The notes under the pieces were generated by a model. It was not told where the DNA came from, did no database searches, and was given only the letters and a program-made list of their open reading frames with translations. A stretch of DNA of 64,000 nucleotides. Origin: an uncultured Holophaga sp. (GTDB lineage: Bacteria; Acidobacteriota; Holophagae; Holophagales; Holophagaceae). Shown piece after piece: positions 37,963 through 47,989 of this stretch (its first letter is position 1; each line of letters begins with the position of its first letter). The position numbers and the translations under genes were made by a program. The stretch lies in NCBI GenBank assembly GCA_963664825.1, contig OY761614.1:3136001-3200000 (forward strand). Direction: 5' to 3'.

Positions 37963-39102
37963 ATGCAATTTCAGCTTGATCGGGAGCATCAGCTCCTGGT
38001 GCAGATGTACCGTACCTTCGCGCAGACCGAGGTCCGGCCCTTGGCCAAGGAGGTCGACGAAGCGGAGCGCTTCCCCCTGGAGACCGTCCAGAAGATGGTC
38101 GGGCTGGGGTTCATGGGCATTCCCTTCCCCAGGGAATACGGGGGCCAGGGTGGGGATAATCTCGCCTACACCCTGGCGGTGGAGGAACTCTCCAAGGCCT
38201 GCGGCACCACGGGCGTGATCCTCTCGGCCCATACTTCCCTCTGTGCGGCGCCCATCTTCGAACATGGCACCGAGGCCCAGAAACAGCAGTTTCTGGTGCC
38301 CCTGGCCAAGGGCGAGAAGCTGGGCGCCTTCGCGCTCACCGAGCCCAACGCGGGCACCGACGCCAGCGGCCAGCAGACCACCGCCGAACGCCAGGGCGAT
38401 CACTTCCTCGTCAACGGCAGCAAGATCTTCATCACCAACGCCGAGTACGCCGATATCTACATCGTCTTCGCCATGACCGACAAGACCAAGGGTACCCGCG
38501 GGATTTCGGCCTTCATCCTGGAAAAGGGCATGCCCGGGTTCCGGGTGGGCAAGAAGGAAGCAAAGATGGGGATCCGCGGATCGGCCACCTGCGAACTCAT
38601 CTTCGAGAATGTGCCGGTGCCCTTGGAAAACCTGCTGGGCAAGGAGGGGGGCGGATTCGGCATCGCCATGAAGACCCTGGATGGCGGGCGCATCGGCATC
38701 GCGGCCCAGGCCCTTGGGTTGGCCCAGGGCTCCATCGATGAGACTGTGGCCTACACCAAGGAACGCAAGCAGTTCGGCAAGGTGCTCTCCGCCTTCCAGA
38801 ACACCCAGTTCCAGCTGGCGGATATGCAGACTCGGACCGACGCGGCGAGGCTGCTGGTCTATCGCGCGGCCTCCCACAAGGATGCCAAGTTGCCCTATGG
38901 CGTGGAGGCGGCCATGGCCAAGCTCTTCGCGTCAGAGACGGCCATGGACGTGACGAGCCGGGCCGTGCAGCTCCACGGCGGCTATGGCTACACCCGGGAA
39001 TATCCCGTCGAACGCATGATGCGGGACGCCAAGATCACGGAAATCTACGAAGGAACCTCGGAAGTCCAGCGCATGGTCATTTCCGCGTCAATGCTCCGCT
39101 AG
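37963..39102 (+). CDS. bcd: Butyryl-CoA dehydrogenase
   Basis: GAFALTEPNAGTDA, NGSKIFITN, KMGIRGSAT, GGYGYTREYPVERMMRDAKITEIYEGT. Confidence 0.92.
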   Translation: MQFQLDREHQLLVQMYRTFAQTEVRPLAKEVDEAERFPLETVQKMVGLGFMGIPFPREYGGQGGDNLAYTLAVEELSKACGTTGVILSAHTSLCAAPIFEHGTEAQKQQFLVPLAKGEKLGAFALTEPNAGTDASGQQTTAERQGDHFLVNGSKIFITNAEYADIYIVFAMTDKTKGTRGISAFILEKGMPGFRVGKKEAKMGIRGSATCELIFENVPVPLENLLGKEGGGFGIAMKTLDGGRIGIAAQALGLAQGSIDETVAYTKERKQFGKVLSAFQNTQFQLADMQTRTDAARLLVYRAASHKDAKLPYGVEAAMAKLFASETAMDVTSRAVQLHGGYGYTREYPVERMMRDAKITEIYEGTSEVQRMVISASMLR

Positions 39103-39127
39103 GGCTCCGCTGAAGGGGGGTTTGAAC

Positions 39128-39907
39128 ATGAAGATTGTCGTTTGCATCAAGCAGGTGCCCGATACCACGGAAGTCCGCATCGATCCGGTCACCGGGACTC
39201 TGATCCGCGATGGCATTCCCAGCATCATCAATCCCGATGACAAGAGCGGGCTCGAGGCGGCCCTGGTCCTCAAGGAACAGATGGGCGCGACGGTGACGGT
39301 GCTCTGCATGGGGCCCTCCCAGGCCGATATCGCCCTACGGGAGGCCCTGGCCATGGGGGCCGACGAGGCCGTGCTCGTCTCGGACCGGCGCTTCGGCGGG
39401 GCCGACACCTGGGCCACCTCCATCACGCTGGCCTCGGCCCTCCGGAAGCTCGGCTTTGATCTCATCATCTGCGGCCGTCAGGCCATCGATGGCGATACGG
39501 CCCAGGTGGGCCCCCAGATCGCCGAGCACCTGGGCATCCCCCATGTGAGCTACGTCAACGAACTGGCATTGGCCGGGCAGCACATCCTCGTCAAACGGAT
39601 GTTCGAGGATGGCTACCACCGCATCAAGGCTCCCATGCCCTGCCTGATCACGGTGCTCAAGGACATGAACGAGCCCCGCTACATGTCCGTGGGGGGCGTC
39701 TACGACGCCTTCCGCAAGGACATCCCCGTCTGGACCGCGGAAGACCTGGATGTGGATCGTTCCCAGATCGGCCTCAAGGGTTCTCCCACCCGGGTGAAGA
39801 AGTCCTATACCAAGGGCACCAAGTCCGCAGGGCAGGTCTTTGAAGTGGATCCCCGGGAGGGGGCCCGGATCATCGTCGAAAAACTGAAAGAGAAATTCAT
39901 CATTTGA
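39128..39907 (+). CDS. etfB: Electron transfer flavoprotein beta subunit
   Basis: CIKQVPDT, GADTWATS, GRQAIDGDTAQVGP, GLKGSPTRV. Confidence 0.95.
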   Translation: MKIVVCIKQVPDTTEVRIDPVTGTLIRDGIPSIINPDDKSGLEAALVLKEQMGATVTVLCMGPSQADIALREALAMGADEAVLVSDRRFGGADTWATSITLASALRKLGFDLIICGRQAIDGDTAQVGPQIAEHLGIPHVSYVNELALAGQHILVKRMFEDGYHRIKAPMPCLITVLKDMNEPRYMSVGGVYDAFRKDIPVWTAEDLDVDRSQIGLKGSPTRVKKSYTKGTKSAGQVFEVDPREGARIIVEKLKEKFII

Positions 39908-39921
39908 ACGCGGAGCGGGCC

Positions 39922-40935
39922 ATGGATATTTCGAACTACCACGGCGTTCTGGTGTTCGCGGAACAGCGGCGCGGCCAGATCCAGAAGGTGGCCTTTGAGC
40001 TGCTGGGCATCGGTCGCCAGATCGCCGATACCCTCGAAGAACCCCTGATGGCGGTGCTCATCGGGAGCGAGCTGACCCAGGCCCACAGCGCTGATCTCAT
40101 CGCCCTGGGCGCGGACCGGGTTATCCTGGTGGATCATCCCCATCTGGAGATCTATCGCACGGAGCCCTACACCAAGGCTCTGGCGCAAGTCATCGACGCC
40201 TTCAAGCCCGGGATCGTCTTCGTGGGGGCCACCACCCTCGGCAGGGATCTCGCGCCGCGGGTCTCGGCCCGGGTGAAGACGGGGCTGACCGCGGATTGCA
40301 CCTCCCTTGGCATCGAGGATGGTTCCCGCAACCTGCTCATGACCCGGCCCGCCTTCGGCGGCAATATCATGGCCACCATCATCTGCCCCGAGCACAGGCC
40401 CCAGATGTCGACCGTGCGCCCCGGCGTCATGCGCAAGCTGGAGCGGGACGATGCGCGGAAGGGCGCAGTCATTTCGTTTGCCGCTGAACTCGGCCCCGAT
40501 AACCTGAATGTGGAAGTCCTGGAGGTGGTCCTGGAACAGGCCACCCTGAAAAATATCGAAGATGCCACGGTGCTGGTGGCCGGGGGCCGAGGGCTGGGCA
40601 GCGCTTCGAACTTTGCGCATCTACAGGGAGTGGCCTCCCAACTGGGTGGCATGGTCGCGGCCTCCCGGGGCGCGGTGGACGCGGGCTGGGTGGGGACCGA
40701 AAGCCAGGTGGGGCAGACGGGCAAGACCGTGAGGCCCGATCTCTACATCGCCTGCGGCATCTCGGGCATGATCCAGCACGTCGCGGGCATGGAGGATTCC
40801 CAGTACATCGTGGCGGTGAACAAGAATGCCGATGCACCCATCTTCGAATACGCCGATCTGGGCATCGTGACAGACGTCAACAAGCTTCTGCCGGCCCTGG
40901 TCGAGGAGCTGAGGCTGGCCAAGGCTGGGGCCTGA
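39922..40935 (+). CDS. etfA: Electron transfer flavoprotein alpha subunit
   Basis: TGLTADCT, RPAFGGN, QVGQTGKTVRP, GISGMIQH. Confidence 0.95.
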   Translation: MDISNYHGVLVFAEQRRGQIQKVAFELLGIGRQIADTLEEPLMAVLIGSELTQAHSADLIALGADRVILVDHPHLEIYRTEPYTKALAQVIDAFKPGIVFVGATTLGRDLAPRVSARVKTGLTADCTSLGIEDGSRNLLMTRPAFGGNIMATIICPEHRPQMSTVRPGVMRKLERDDARKGAVISFAAELGPDNLNVEVLEVVLEQATLKNIEDATVLVAGGRGLGSASNFAHLQGVASQLGGMVAASRGAVDAGWVGTESQVGQTGKTVRPDLYIACGISGMIQHVAGMEDSQYIVAVNKNADAPIFEYADLGIVTDVNKLLPALVEELRLAKAGA

Positions 40936-40958
40936 TGCCCTCTTCTGCAAGGAAAGAC

Positions 40959-41207
40959 ATGAATTCAGCCCACGGGACGCCCCTGGATCTTCGGACAACG
41001 CTCCGCAAACGCAGGATGCGGCTTCTGCAAGCGAGGGCGGTGGAGCCTCCCAGCAGATCCAAGCTCCCCGAAGTTCCAGGCGCCGCTTTGGTGCTGCCCT
41101 TCAATTCTAGGGTGTGGGTCCTAGCCCCGGATTGGGATGCGAGGGGATCGCTGCCTCGGGCGCCGGAGACCCTGCCCGCGGCGTCTGAAGATGCCCACCG
41201 AGGTTAA
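40959..41207 (+). CDS. Hypothetical small protein
   Basis: AAGGAA RBS before ATG; fills the gap after etfA; no recognisable motif. Confidence 0.3.
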   Translation: MNSAHGTPLDLRTTLRKRRMRLLQARAVEPPSRSKLPEVPGAALVLPFNSRVWVLAPDWDARGSLPRAPETLPAASEDAHRG

Positions 41208-41271
41208 AGCCGCCCGGCGGCGCTGGATATCCTGAAAGTGGACGAATGCTATACTTCGCCGGAGTCTGCCC

Positions 41272-41700
41272 ATGAAAGCCCTTTTTCCATGCTTGGCCCT
41301 GGCGGCGCTGGGGCACGCCGTCTACCACATGGGACAGAAGAGCATGCCCGCCTCGGTCAACCCCATGGCCCTGCTGATGGGGGGCTACGCCGTGGCCTTC
41401 CTGCTGGCGACCCTGGCCATGCCCTTTTTCCGCGCCCCCGGGGATGCCATCTGGACGGCTCCGGCCTTCAATCTGCCGGTCCTGGTGCTGGGTGTGGGCG
41501 CCGTGCTCATCGAACTGGGCTTCCTCCTGATCTATCGCCGGGGCGGGGGACTCCAGTGGACCGCCGCGGCCGTGAGCGGCCTGTCGGCCCTCATCCTGGT
41601 GCCCGTGGGGATCGCCTATTTCAGGGAAGGCCTCTCCGTGGGCCGTCTCCTGGGTGTGGCCATGACCCTGGCGGGGCTGGTGCTGGTGGTGAGGAAATAA
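41272..41700 (+). CDS. Small EamA/DMT-type membrane transporter
   Basis: About five hydrophobic helices; IELGFLLIYR.G, YFREGLS..RLLG. Confidence 0.8.
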   Translation: MKALFPCLALAALGHAVYHMGQKSMPASVNPMALLMGGYAVAFLLATLAMPFFRAPGDAIWTAPAFNLPVLVLGVGAVLIELGFLLIYRRGGGLQWTAAAVSGLSALILVPVGIAYFREGLSVGRLLGVAMTLAGLVLVVRK

Positions 41701-41908
41701 CCTAGGAACCTTGCTCCCTGGTGGCCGATACGGCCACCGCACGCCATCCGTGGTCCCATCAAACAGAGGCGGATTATCCATGGTGTGAGCTGTAATTCGC
41801 AAATTGCCTGACGGATTCAAACTTATGTTTCAGCAAGGAATGACCGATAAACAAGCAGTGCGCTTCTATACTCAATTGTGAGGGAAGCTTAGAGCATGGA
41901 GCGTCAAG

Positions 41909-43501
41909 ATGGCGAGATGGTTTCGAAATCTTCCTGTCAGGATTCGTGTGGCCCTTTGTTTTGCCTGCGTCCTGCTCTTGTTGGCTATGTCCGTTATCAT
42001 TGGTCTAGCCGCCCAGAAGCACTCCTTCCGACAGTCTGAGGGAATTTTCCGAGAAAACCTCACGCCCTTAGCTCAATTGGGGGATATCAGCACGGCGCGG
42101 TTGCGGATGCAATACCGGATGGCTTTGCAAGCCATCTCCAAGACGCCTGCAGATATCGCAAAGTACGAATCGTTTTGCCGTGAACATGATGGCGAGGTGC
42201 TTGCGGCCCTGGCAGCCTTTGAAACGAGCGTCAACACCGACGAAGAACGTGCCTGTGTCATCAAGTTCAAACAAGCCTATATGAAAATTGTGGATGTTCG
42301 AGATCACGAAGCTTTCCCAGCTTCCCGTGCGGGACAAAAGGAACAGGCTTCTAACATCCTTGAATTTAAAATTGCGCCGCTTACGACCGAATTGAGCGGG
42401 TATGAGGATGGCCTGAAGAAATGGCAGCTTCAACAAGCCCGTGAGGCCATTCAGACCGTCGATCACTTGTATTCTCAGACATTTCTGTGGCTCTTGCTCC
42501 TTGGTCTGGCTGCGGTTGGTTTAAGCCTTGTGCTTGGCATCGCCCTGGAACGCAGCATCAATGAACCCCTTCAAGAGTTTGAGCATGTCTTTGAGGCCAT
42601 TGTGGCAGGTGACCTGACCGTGCGAAGCAGGCTGAATACTCGGGATGAGTTTGGTTCCATGGCTTCCAAACTTAATGTAATGAATGCGCATCTTCACAAG
42701 ACTCTTGGGGTCGTGCAGGAATCGGTTGCGCGCATCGCCAGCGGGGCACAGCAGCTTGCAGCATCCGCAGAACAGATGTCGGCCAGTACGAATGAAATTG
42801 CCCGAATGACGGAATCCCAAAAAATGGGCTCTGAGGGTATGGCAGCTGCCATTACCGAATTGTCAGCCAGCATTTCAGAGGTAGCCTCAAGCGCGCACGA
42901 GACCCAGAAAAAGTTGGCAGAAGCCGAACAGGCCGCTCAGAGTGGTGTGACTGCGGGGGGGGATACCAGTTTGGCCATGGTCGGTATCACCCAAACTGCC
43001 GGGGACATCTCCAAGGCCGTCACGGTGATCCAGGAAATCGCCCGTCAGACGAATCTCCTGAGTCTTAATGCGGCCATCGAAGCCGCCAAGGCTGGGAATA
43101 TGGGAAAAGGATTCGCTGTAGTTGCCGAAGAAGTTCGTAAATTGGCGGAGCGCTCCGGTGTATCCGCAAAAGAAATTGCTGTCCTGGTTCAAGAAGCGAA
43201 GACTGCCGTGAGTCGGGGGGAGGATACCGTCGGAGCTACCGTGGCATCCTTGAAATCGATTCGGGAAAGTCTGGACGTTTTTGAACGCTTGGCTGCTCAT
43301 ATTGCCCAGGCGACCGCTGAACAATCTCGAACCGGCGAGGAGGCTGCACAACGGGTCGAACAGGGGCTCGGGGAAGCGGTCCAGACAGCCTCGGCCACTC
43401 TTGAACTCTCCGCCACCACAGAGGAGGTGGCTAGCACCGCCCAAGAATTGGCTTCTGTGGCCGACAATCTGGCTCGGGAACTGGCGTCCTTTAAAGTCTG
43501 A
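41909..43501 (+). CDS. Methyl-accepting chemotaxis protein with four-helix-bundle sensor, atypical codon usage
   Basis: [53 protein letters not shown]; two TM segments. Confidence 0.93.
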   Translation: MARWFRNLPVRIRVALCFACVLLLLAMSVIIGLAAQKHSFRQSEGIFRENLTPLAQLGDISTARLRMQYRMALQAISKTPADIAKYESFCREHDGEVLAALAAFETSVNTDEERACVIKFKQAYMKIVDVRDHEAFPASRAGQKEQASNILEFKIAPLTTELSGYEDGLKKWQLQQAREAIQTVDHLYSQTFLWLLLLGLAAVGLSLVLGIALERSINEPLQEFEHVFEAIVAGDLTVRSRLNTRDEFGSMASKLNVMNAHLHKTLGVVQESVARIASGAQQLAASAEQMSASTNEIARMTESQKMGSEGMAAAITELSASISEVASSAHETQKKLAEAEQAAQSGVTAGGDTSLAMVGITQTAGDISKAVTVIQEIARQTNLLSLNAAIEAAKAGNMGKGFAVVAEEVRKLAERSGVSAKEIAVLVQEAKTAVSRGEDTVGATVASLKSIRESLDVFERLAAHIAQATAEQSRTGEEAAQRVEQGLGEAVQTASATLELSATTEEVASTAQELASVADNLARELASFKV

Positions 43502-43554
43502 CTACACCCGACGTGCTCGTTTGACAATGGCTACCGGGTTCCGTGAACGGCCCT

Positions 43555-44691
43555 TCAGACCGCTGTGTAGGTCTTGTAGAGGTTGTCCCGCTCCAGGGGC
43601 TGGAATCCGGCCTCGCCGATGAGGCGCTCCAGATGCCCCTTCGTGAGGCCCTGGGGCGTCTTGGCGCCGGCGAGATGGGCGATCTCTTCGGCGATGATGG
43701 TGCCATCCAGATCATCGGCCCCGTAGTTCAGGCCCACCTGGGCCAAGCCTTCCGTGATCATCACCCAGTAGGCCTTGATGTGCGGCACGTTGTCCAGGAG
43801 CAGGCGCGCCACGGCGATCTCCCGGAGATCCTGGACGCCGGTGGTCTCGAAAAGCGTGCGGCTGCGGCTCAGTTCGTTGTCCTCCACCTGGTACGCCAGG
43901 GGGATGTAGGCGAGGAAGCCATGCGTGCGGTCCTGGAGTGCCCTCAGGCGCAGCAGATGCTCTACGCGATGCCTGGATTCCTCGATGTGGCCATAGAGCA
44001 TGGTGGCGTTGGTGGGGATGCCCCGGCGATGACAGATCTCGGCCACCCGGAGCCAGACGTCGGCTTCCTTCTTCCCGACGCAGATCTGTTCCCGAATGCC
44101 CTCGTCAAATATCTCGGCCCCCCCTCCCGGGCAGCTCTCCAGCCCTGCGGCCACGCAGCGATCGAGGAAGGCTTCGACGCTGAGGCCCGAGACCCGGGCG
44201 TAGTAGTCCATCTCCACCATGGTGAAGACCTTGAGATGGATGTCGGGGAAGCGCGCCTTGACCTTGCGGAACAAGTCCTCGAAGTAATCGATCTTCAGCT
44301 TGGGGTTGTGACCGGAGGTCATGTGCAGCTCGCGAACGCCCAGGTTCTCGGGCTTCTCCAGCTCCCGGACGATATCCTCGGCGCTGAGCACGTAGGCCCT
44401 TGGGTCGCCGGGCTTGGCCTGGAAGGCGCAGAACTGGCAGTGGGTGTGGCAGATATTGGTGTAGGAAATGCGGCGGCTCACGACATAGTAGGTCTTGAGG
44501 CCATGCTTCTGGAGCCGCACATGATGGGCCATGGCGCCCAGGCCCGTGAGATCGGGCGTCTCGTAGAGTCGCAAACCGTCCTCGAAGGAGAGGCGTTCCC
44601 CCTTCAGGACCTTCTCGCAGATCGGCAGCAGCTGGGGATCGGTGATGTAGCGCCTCAGGGGCAGATTCAGGCCGGGCATGGGCTTCTCCAT
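43555..44691 (-). CDS. mqnE: Aminofutalosine synthase (futalosine menaquinone pathway)
   Basis: KVLKGERLSFEDG, YTNICHTHCQFCAF, PGGGAEIF, NATMLYGHIE, HIKAYW, GADDLDGT. Confidence 0.88.
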   Translation of the reverse strand: MEKPMPGLNLPLRRYITDPQLLPICEKVLKGERLSFEDGLRLYETPDLTGLGAMAHHVRLQKHGLKTYYVVSRRISYTNICHTHCQFCAFQAKPGDPRAYVLSAEDIVRELEKPENLGVRELHMTSGHNPKLKIDYFEDLFRKVKARFPDIHLKVFTMVEMDYYARVSGLSVEAFLDRCVAAGLESCPGGGAEIFDEGIREQICVGKKEADVWLRVAEICHRRGIPTNATMLYGHIEESRHRVEHLLRLRALQDRTHGFLAYIPLAYQVEDNELSRSRTLFETTGVQDLREIAVARLLLDNVPHIKAYWVMITEGLAQVGLNYGADDLDGTIIAEEIAHLAGAKTPQGLTKGHLERLIGEAGFQPLERDNLYKTYTAV

Positions 44692-44758
44692 GGACCAGTG
44701 TAGTGGATCCCAATCTCGCCGCCTCCTGCGTCGGCAGCTACCGGGAGCTGCACCTTGA

Positions 44759-45889
44759 TCACGCCATGGTCTTCTTGAAACGCCCGGCGGCGAGGATCAG
44801 CATGGCGCTGCCCAGGAGGGCCAGGGCCAGCATCTGGGGCCAGAGCACATGAAGGCCCAGGCCCTTCAGGAAGACGCCCCGGATGATCACCAGGTAGTAG
44901 CGCAAGGGGTTCAAGAAGGTCAGCCACTGCACGACCACGGGCATGTTGGCGATGGGGTATACGAAGCCCGAGAGCATGAAAGCCGGGAGCACGAAGAAGA
45001 AGGTCGTCATCATGGCCTGCTGCTGGGTGGCGCTCACGGTGGAGATGAAGAGGCCCACGCCCAGCGTGCTGAGCAGGTACAGGCCCGTGCCGAAAAAGAG
45101 CAGGAGGGGGTTGCCCAGGAGGGGCACCTGGAACCAGAAGACGGCGATGAGGGCGATGAGGGCCACGTCGATGAAGCCCAGAAGCCCGAAGGGGATGGTC
45201 TTGCCCAGGATGAATTCCAGGCGTCCGATGGGTGTGACCATGATCTGATCCATGGTGCCGATCTCCCGCTCGCGCACGATGGCCATGCTGGAGAGGATGA
45301 TGGAGATCACGGCCACGAGTATGGCCAGGACACCCGGCACGAAGAAATTGCGGCTATCGAGATTGGGGTTGAACCAGTTCCGGGACACCAGTTCCACAGG
45401 GGTCGCCTCCAGACGCAGGCCCGCCGTGCGGGAGAAGCGCTGCTCCATCACCGTCCGGTTGAAATCCGCCGTGATGCGGGAGGCGTAGCCCAGGACGACG
45501 CTGGCTGTGTTGGAGTCCGAACCGTCCAGCAGGAGCTGGAGGGATGCGCTGCGGCCTCCCTGCGGGTCCTCCGAGAACCCGCGGTTGAAGCGCAGCACGA
45601 CCTTGGCCTCGCCTGAATCCAACACCTCCCGGATCTCGGGTTCCGAGGTGATCCGGCGCGCCACATCGAAGCATCCGGAACCTTCGAAGCGCGCCACTAG
45701 GTCGCGGCTGGCGGGGGTGCGGTCCAGGTCGCAGACGGCCATGGGCACGTGGCGCACATCCGTGTTCACCGCATAGCCGATGACGAGCACCTGGACCACG
45801 GGGAGCAGGAAGACGACGGCCCGCATCCTCGGGTCCCGGAGGACCTGAATGAATTCTTTGACGAGCATGCGGTAGAGGCGTTCGAGCAT
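44759..45889 (-). CDS. ABC-2 permease (YbhR-like)
   Basis: KEFIQVLRD, DGSDSN, FNPNL, REREIGT. Confidence 0.9.
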   Translation of the reverse strand: MLERLYRMLVKEFIQVLRDPRMRAVVFLLPVVQVLVIGYAVNTDVRHVPMAVCDLDRTPASRDLVARFEGSGCFDVARRITSEPEIREVLDSGEAKVVLRFNRGFSEDPQGGRSASLQLLLDGSDSNTASVVLGYASRITADFNRTVMEQRFSRTAGLRLEATPVELVSRNWFNPNLDSRNFFVPGVLAILVAVISIILSSMAIVREREIGTMDQIMVTPIGRLEFILGKTIPFGLLGFIDVALIALIAVFWFQVPLLGNPLLLFFGTGLYLLSTLGVGLFISTVSATQQQAMMTTFFFVLPAFMLSGFVYPIANMPVVVQWLTFLNPLRYYLVIIRGVFLKGLGLHVLWPQMLALALLGSAMLILAAGRFKKTMA

Positions 45890-45890
45890 A

Positions 45891-47030
45891 TCAAGCCAGC
45901 CGTTTCTTGAAACTGTGGATGGCGAGCAGGAGCATGAGGACGGCGAAGGCCACCATGAGCAGGCATTCGGGCCACAACTGGGCCAGCCCCGTGCCCTTGA
46001 GGTAGAGGCCCCGCAGGAAGGTCACGAAGTAGCGGGCGGGGACGAGGTAGGTCACCACCTGCATGCCCTTGGGCATATTCCCGATCTCGAACATGAAGCC
46101 CGAGAGCAGGAAGGCCGGCAGGAAGGTGGCCACGAAGGCCGCCTGGCTGGCCAGGAGCTGCCCCTTGGCCAGGGCGCTGATGAGGATCCCCAGCGCCAGC
46201 GCACCCACCAGGTAGATGGCCGAGACGCCGAAGAGGAGGAGAAGGCTGCCCCGGATGGGCACCTCGAAGAGGAAGCGTCCCGCCAGTACCGAGAGCGCCA
46301 TGTCCACCATGCCGATGGCGAAATAGGGTGCGAGCTTGCCGAGGATCAGTTCGCTTCGGCGGATGGGCGTGGAGATGAGCTGTTCCATGGTGCCGGTCTC
46401 CCACTCCCGGGCCACGGTCAGCGAGGTGAGCAGGGCGGCGATGAGCATCATGATCACGGCGATGAGGCCGGGCACGATGAAGATGCGCGATTCCATATCC
46501 CGGTTGAACCAGGCCCGGGGGCGCAGCTCCAGGGGCGGCACGGGGACTCGGCCCGTCATGCGGGTGGCTTTTTCCACCAGGATCTCCTGGGAGTAGGTGC
46601 GCACGATGGATTCGGCGTAGGAGAGGGCCAGGGTGGTCGTATTGGCGTCGGTGCCATCATTGAGCATCTGCACCTGGGCCTTGCGCTCCGAGGCCACCCG
46701 GCCTCCGAAATCGGTGGGGATCACCAGGGCCATCATGGCCCGGCCCTCTTCGATGGAGCTCTCCACCTCCCGGTAGCTCCGGGGCCTGGATACGACGGAG
46801 AAGTAGCGCGATCCCTCGAAACGCCCCACCAGCTCTCGGCTCTGGGGCGTGCGGCTCTGATCCCAGATGGCCAGGGGCACCCGGTCCAGATCCAGGGTGA
46901 GGGCATATCCGAAGATCATCAGCATGATCATGGGCAGCAGGATGGCGATGCCCAGGGCTCGCGGGTCCCGCAGGACGTGGATGAACTCCTTCCGGGCCAC
47001 GGCCCCCAGGCGGCGCGCATGGATCTTCAC
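45891..47030 (-). CDS. ABC-2 permease (YbhS-like)
   Basis: KEFIHVLRD, DGTDAN, AREWETGTMEQL; GTG start. Confidence 0.9.
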   Translation of the reverse strand: MKIHARRLGAVARKEFIHVLRDPRALGIAILLPMIMLMIFGYALTLDLDRVPLAIWDQSRTPQSRELVGRFEGSRYFSVVSRPRSYREVESSIEEGRAMMALVIPTDFGGRVASERKAQVQMLNDGTDANTTTLALSYAESIVRTYSQEILVEKATRMTGRVPVPPLELRPRAWFNRDMESRIFIVPGLIAVIMMLIAALLTSLTVAREWETGTMEQLISTPIRRSELILGKLAPYFAIGMVDMALSVLAGRFLFEVPIRGSLLLLFGVSAIYLVGALALGILISALAKGQLLASQAAFVATFLPAFLLSGFMFEIGNMPKGMQVVTYLVPARYFVTFLRGLYLKGTGLAQLWPECLLMVAFAVLMLLLAIHSFKKRLA

Positions 47031-47989
47031 GATGCGAACTCCTTCTGGGCGCCATCGGCCCGGTCCCGGGCCTCGATGAGGGAGACGAAGACATCCTCCA
47101 GGGAGGGTGTGATGCGTTCGACGCTGCCGACACGGAAGCCGGAGGTCTCCAACGCTTCTTTCAGCAGGGGGGCGAGGGCCTCCGCATCCTCGGTCATGAG
47201 GTGGAGATCGCGCCCGAAGAGGGCCGCGTCCCGGACACCCTCCACACTGGAAGCCACGGCCAGGGCTTCGTGGGCGCGGTCGCAGGCCACACAGAGCACC
47301 TGGTCGGCCATGAGATGTCCCTTCATCTCCGAAGGCGTTCCCAGGGCCACCAGTCCGCCCCGGTAGATGAGGCCCAGCCGGTCGCAGTACTCGGCCTCTT
47401 CCATGTAATGGGTCGTCACGAAGACCGTCACGCCGCGACCTGCCATGTCGTAGATGAGATCCCAGAACGTGCGGCGGCTCAAGGGGTCCACACCCGAGGT
47501 GGGCTCATCCAGGAAGAGGATCCTCGGTTCGTGGAGCAGGGCGCAGCCCAGCGAAAGCCGCTGTTTCCAGCCTCCCGGAAGCAGGCCCGTCCGGGACTTG
47601 CGATGCTCCTGGAGGCCGGCCATCTCCAGCACCCAGGCCTTCCGTTCGGCCTTCTTGCCACCGGGAATGCCGTAGATGCCGCTGTAGAAATCGATGTTCT
47701 CCGCAACCGTGAGATCGTCGTAGAGGCTGAACTTCTGGCTCATGTAGCCGATGACCCGCTTGATCTCTTCACGCTGGGTGAGGATGTCGTAGCCCGCCAC
47801 CGTGCCGCTTCCGCCGGAGGGCTCCAGCAGGCCGCAGAGCATGCGGATGGTGGTGGACTTGCCCGCGCCGTTGGGTCCCAGGAATCCGAAGATCTCACCC
47901 TGGCGCACATCCAGGCTGATGCCATGGACGGCGATGAAGTCTCCGAAGCGCCGCTCCAGGTCCCGCAGTGTGACGGCCAGTTCGCTCAA
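47027..47989 (-). CDS. ABC transporter ATP-binding protein
   Basis: GPNGAGKST, LPGGWKQR, LDEPTSGVD. Confidence 0.92.
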   Translation of the reverse strand: MSELAVTLRDLERRFGDFIAVHGISLDVRQGEIFGFLGPNGAGKSTTIRMLCGLLEPSGGSGTVAGYDILTQREEIKRVIGYMSQKFSLYDDLTVAENIDFYSGIYGIPGGKKAERKAWVLEMAGLQEHRKSRTGLLPGGWKQRLSLGCALLHEPRILFLDEPTSGVDPLSRRTFWDLIYDMAGRGVTVFVTTHYMEEAEYCDRLGLIYRGGLVALGTPSEMKGHLMADQVLCVACDRAHEALAVASSVEGVRDAALFGRDLHLMTEDAEALAPLLKEALETSGFRVGSVERITPSLEDVFVSLIEARDRADGAQKEFAS

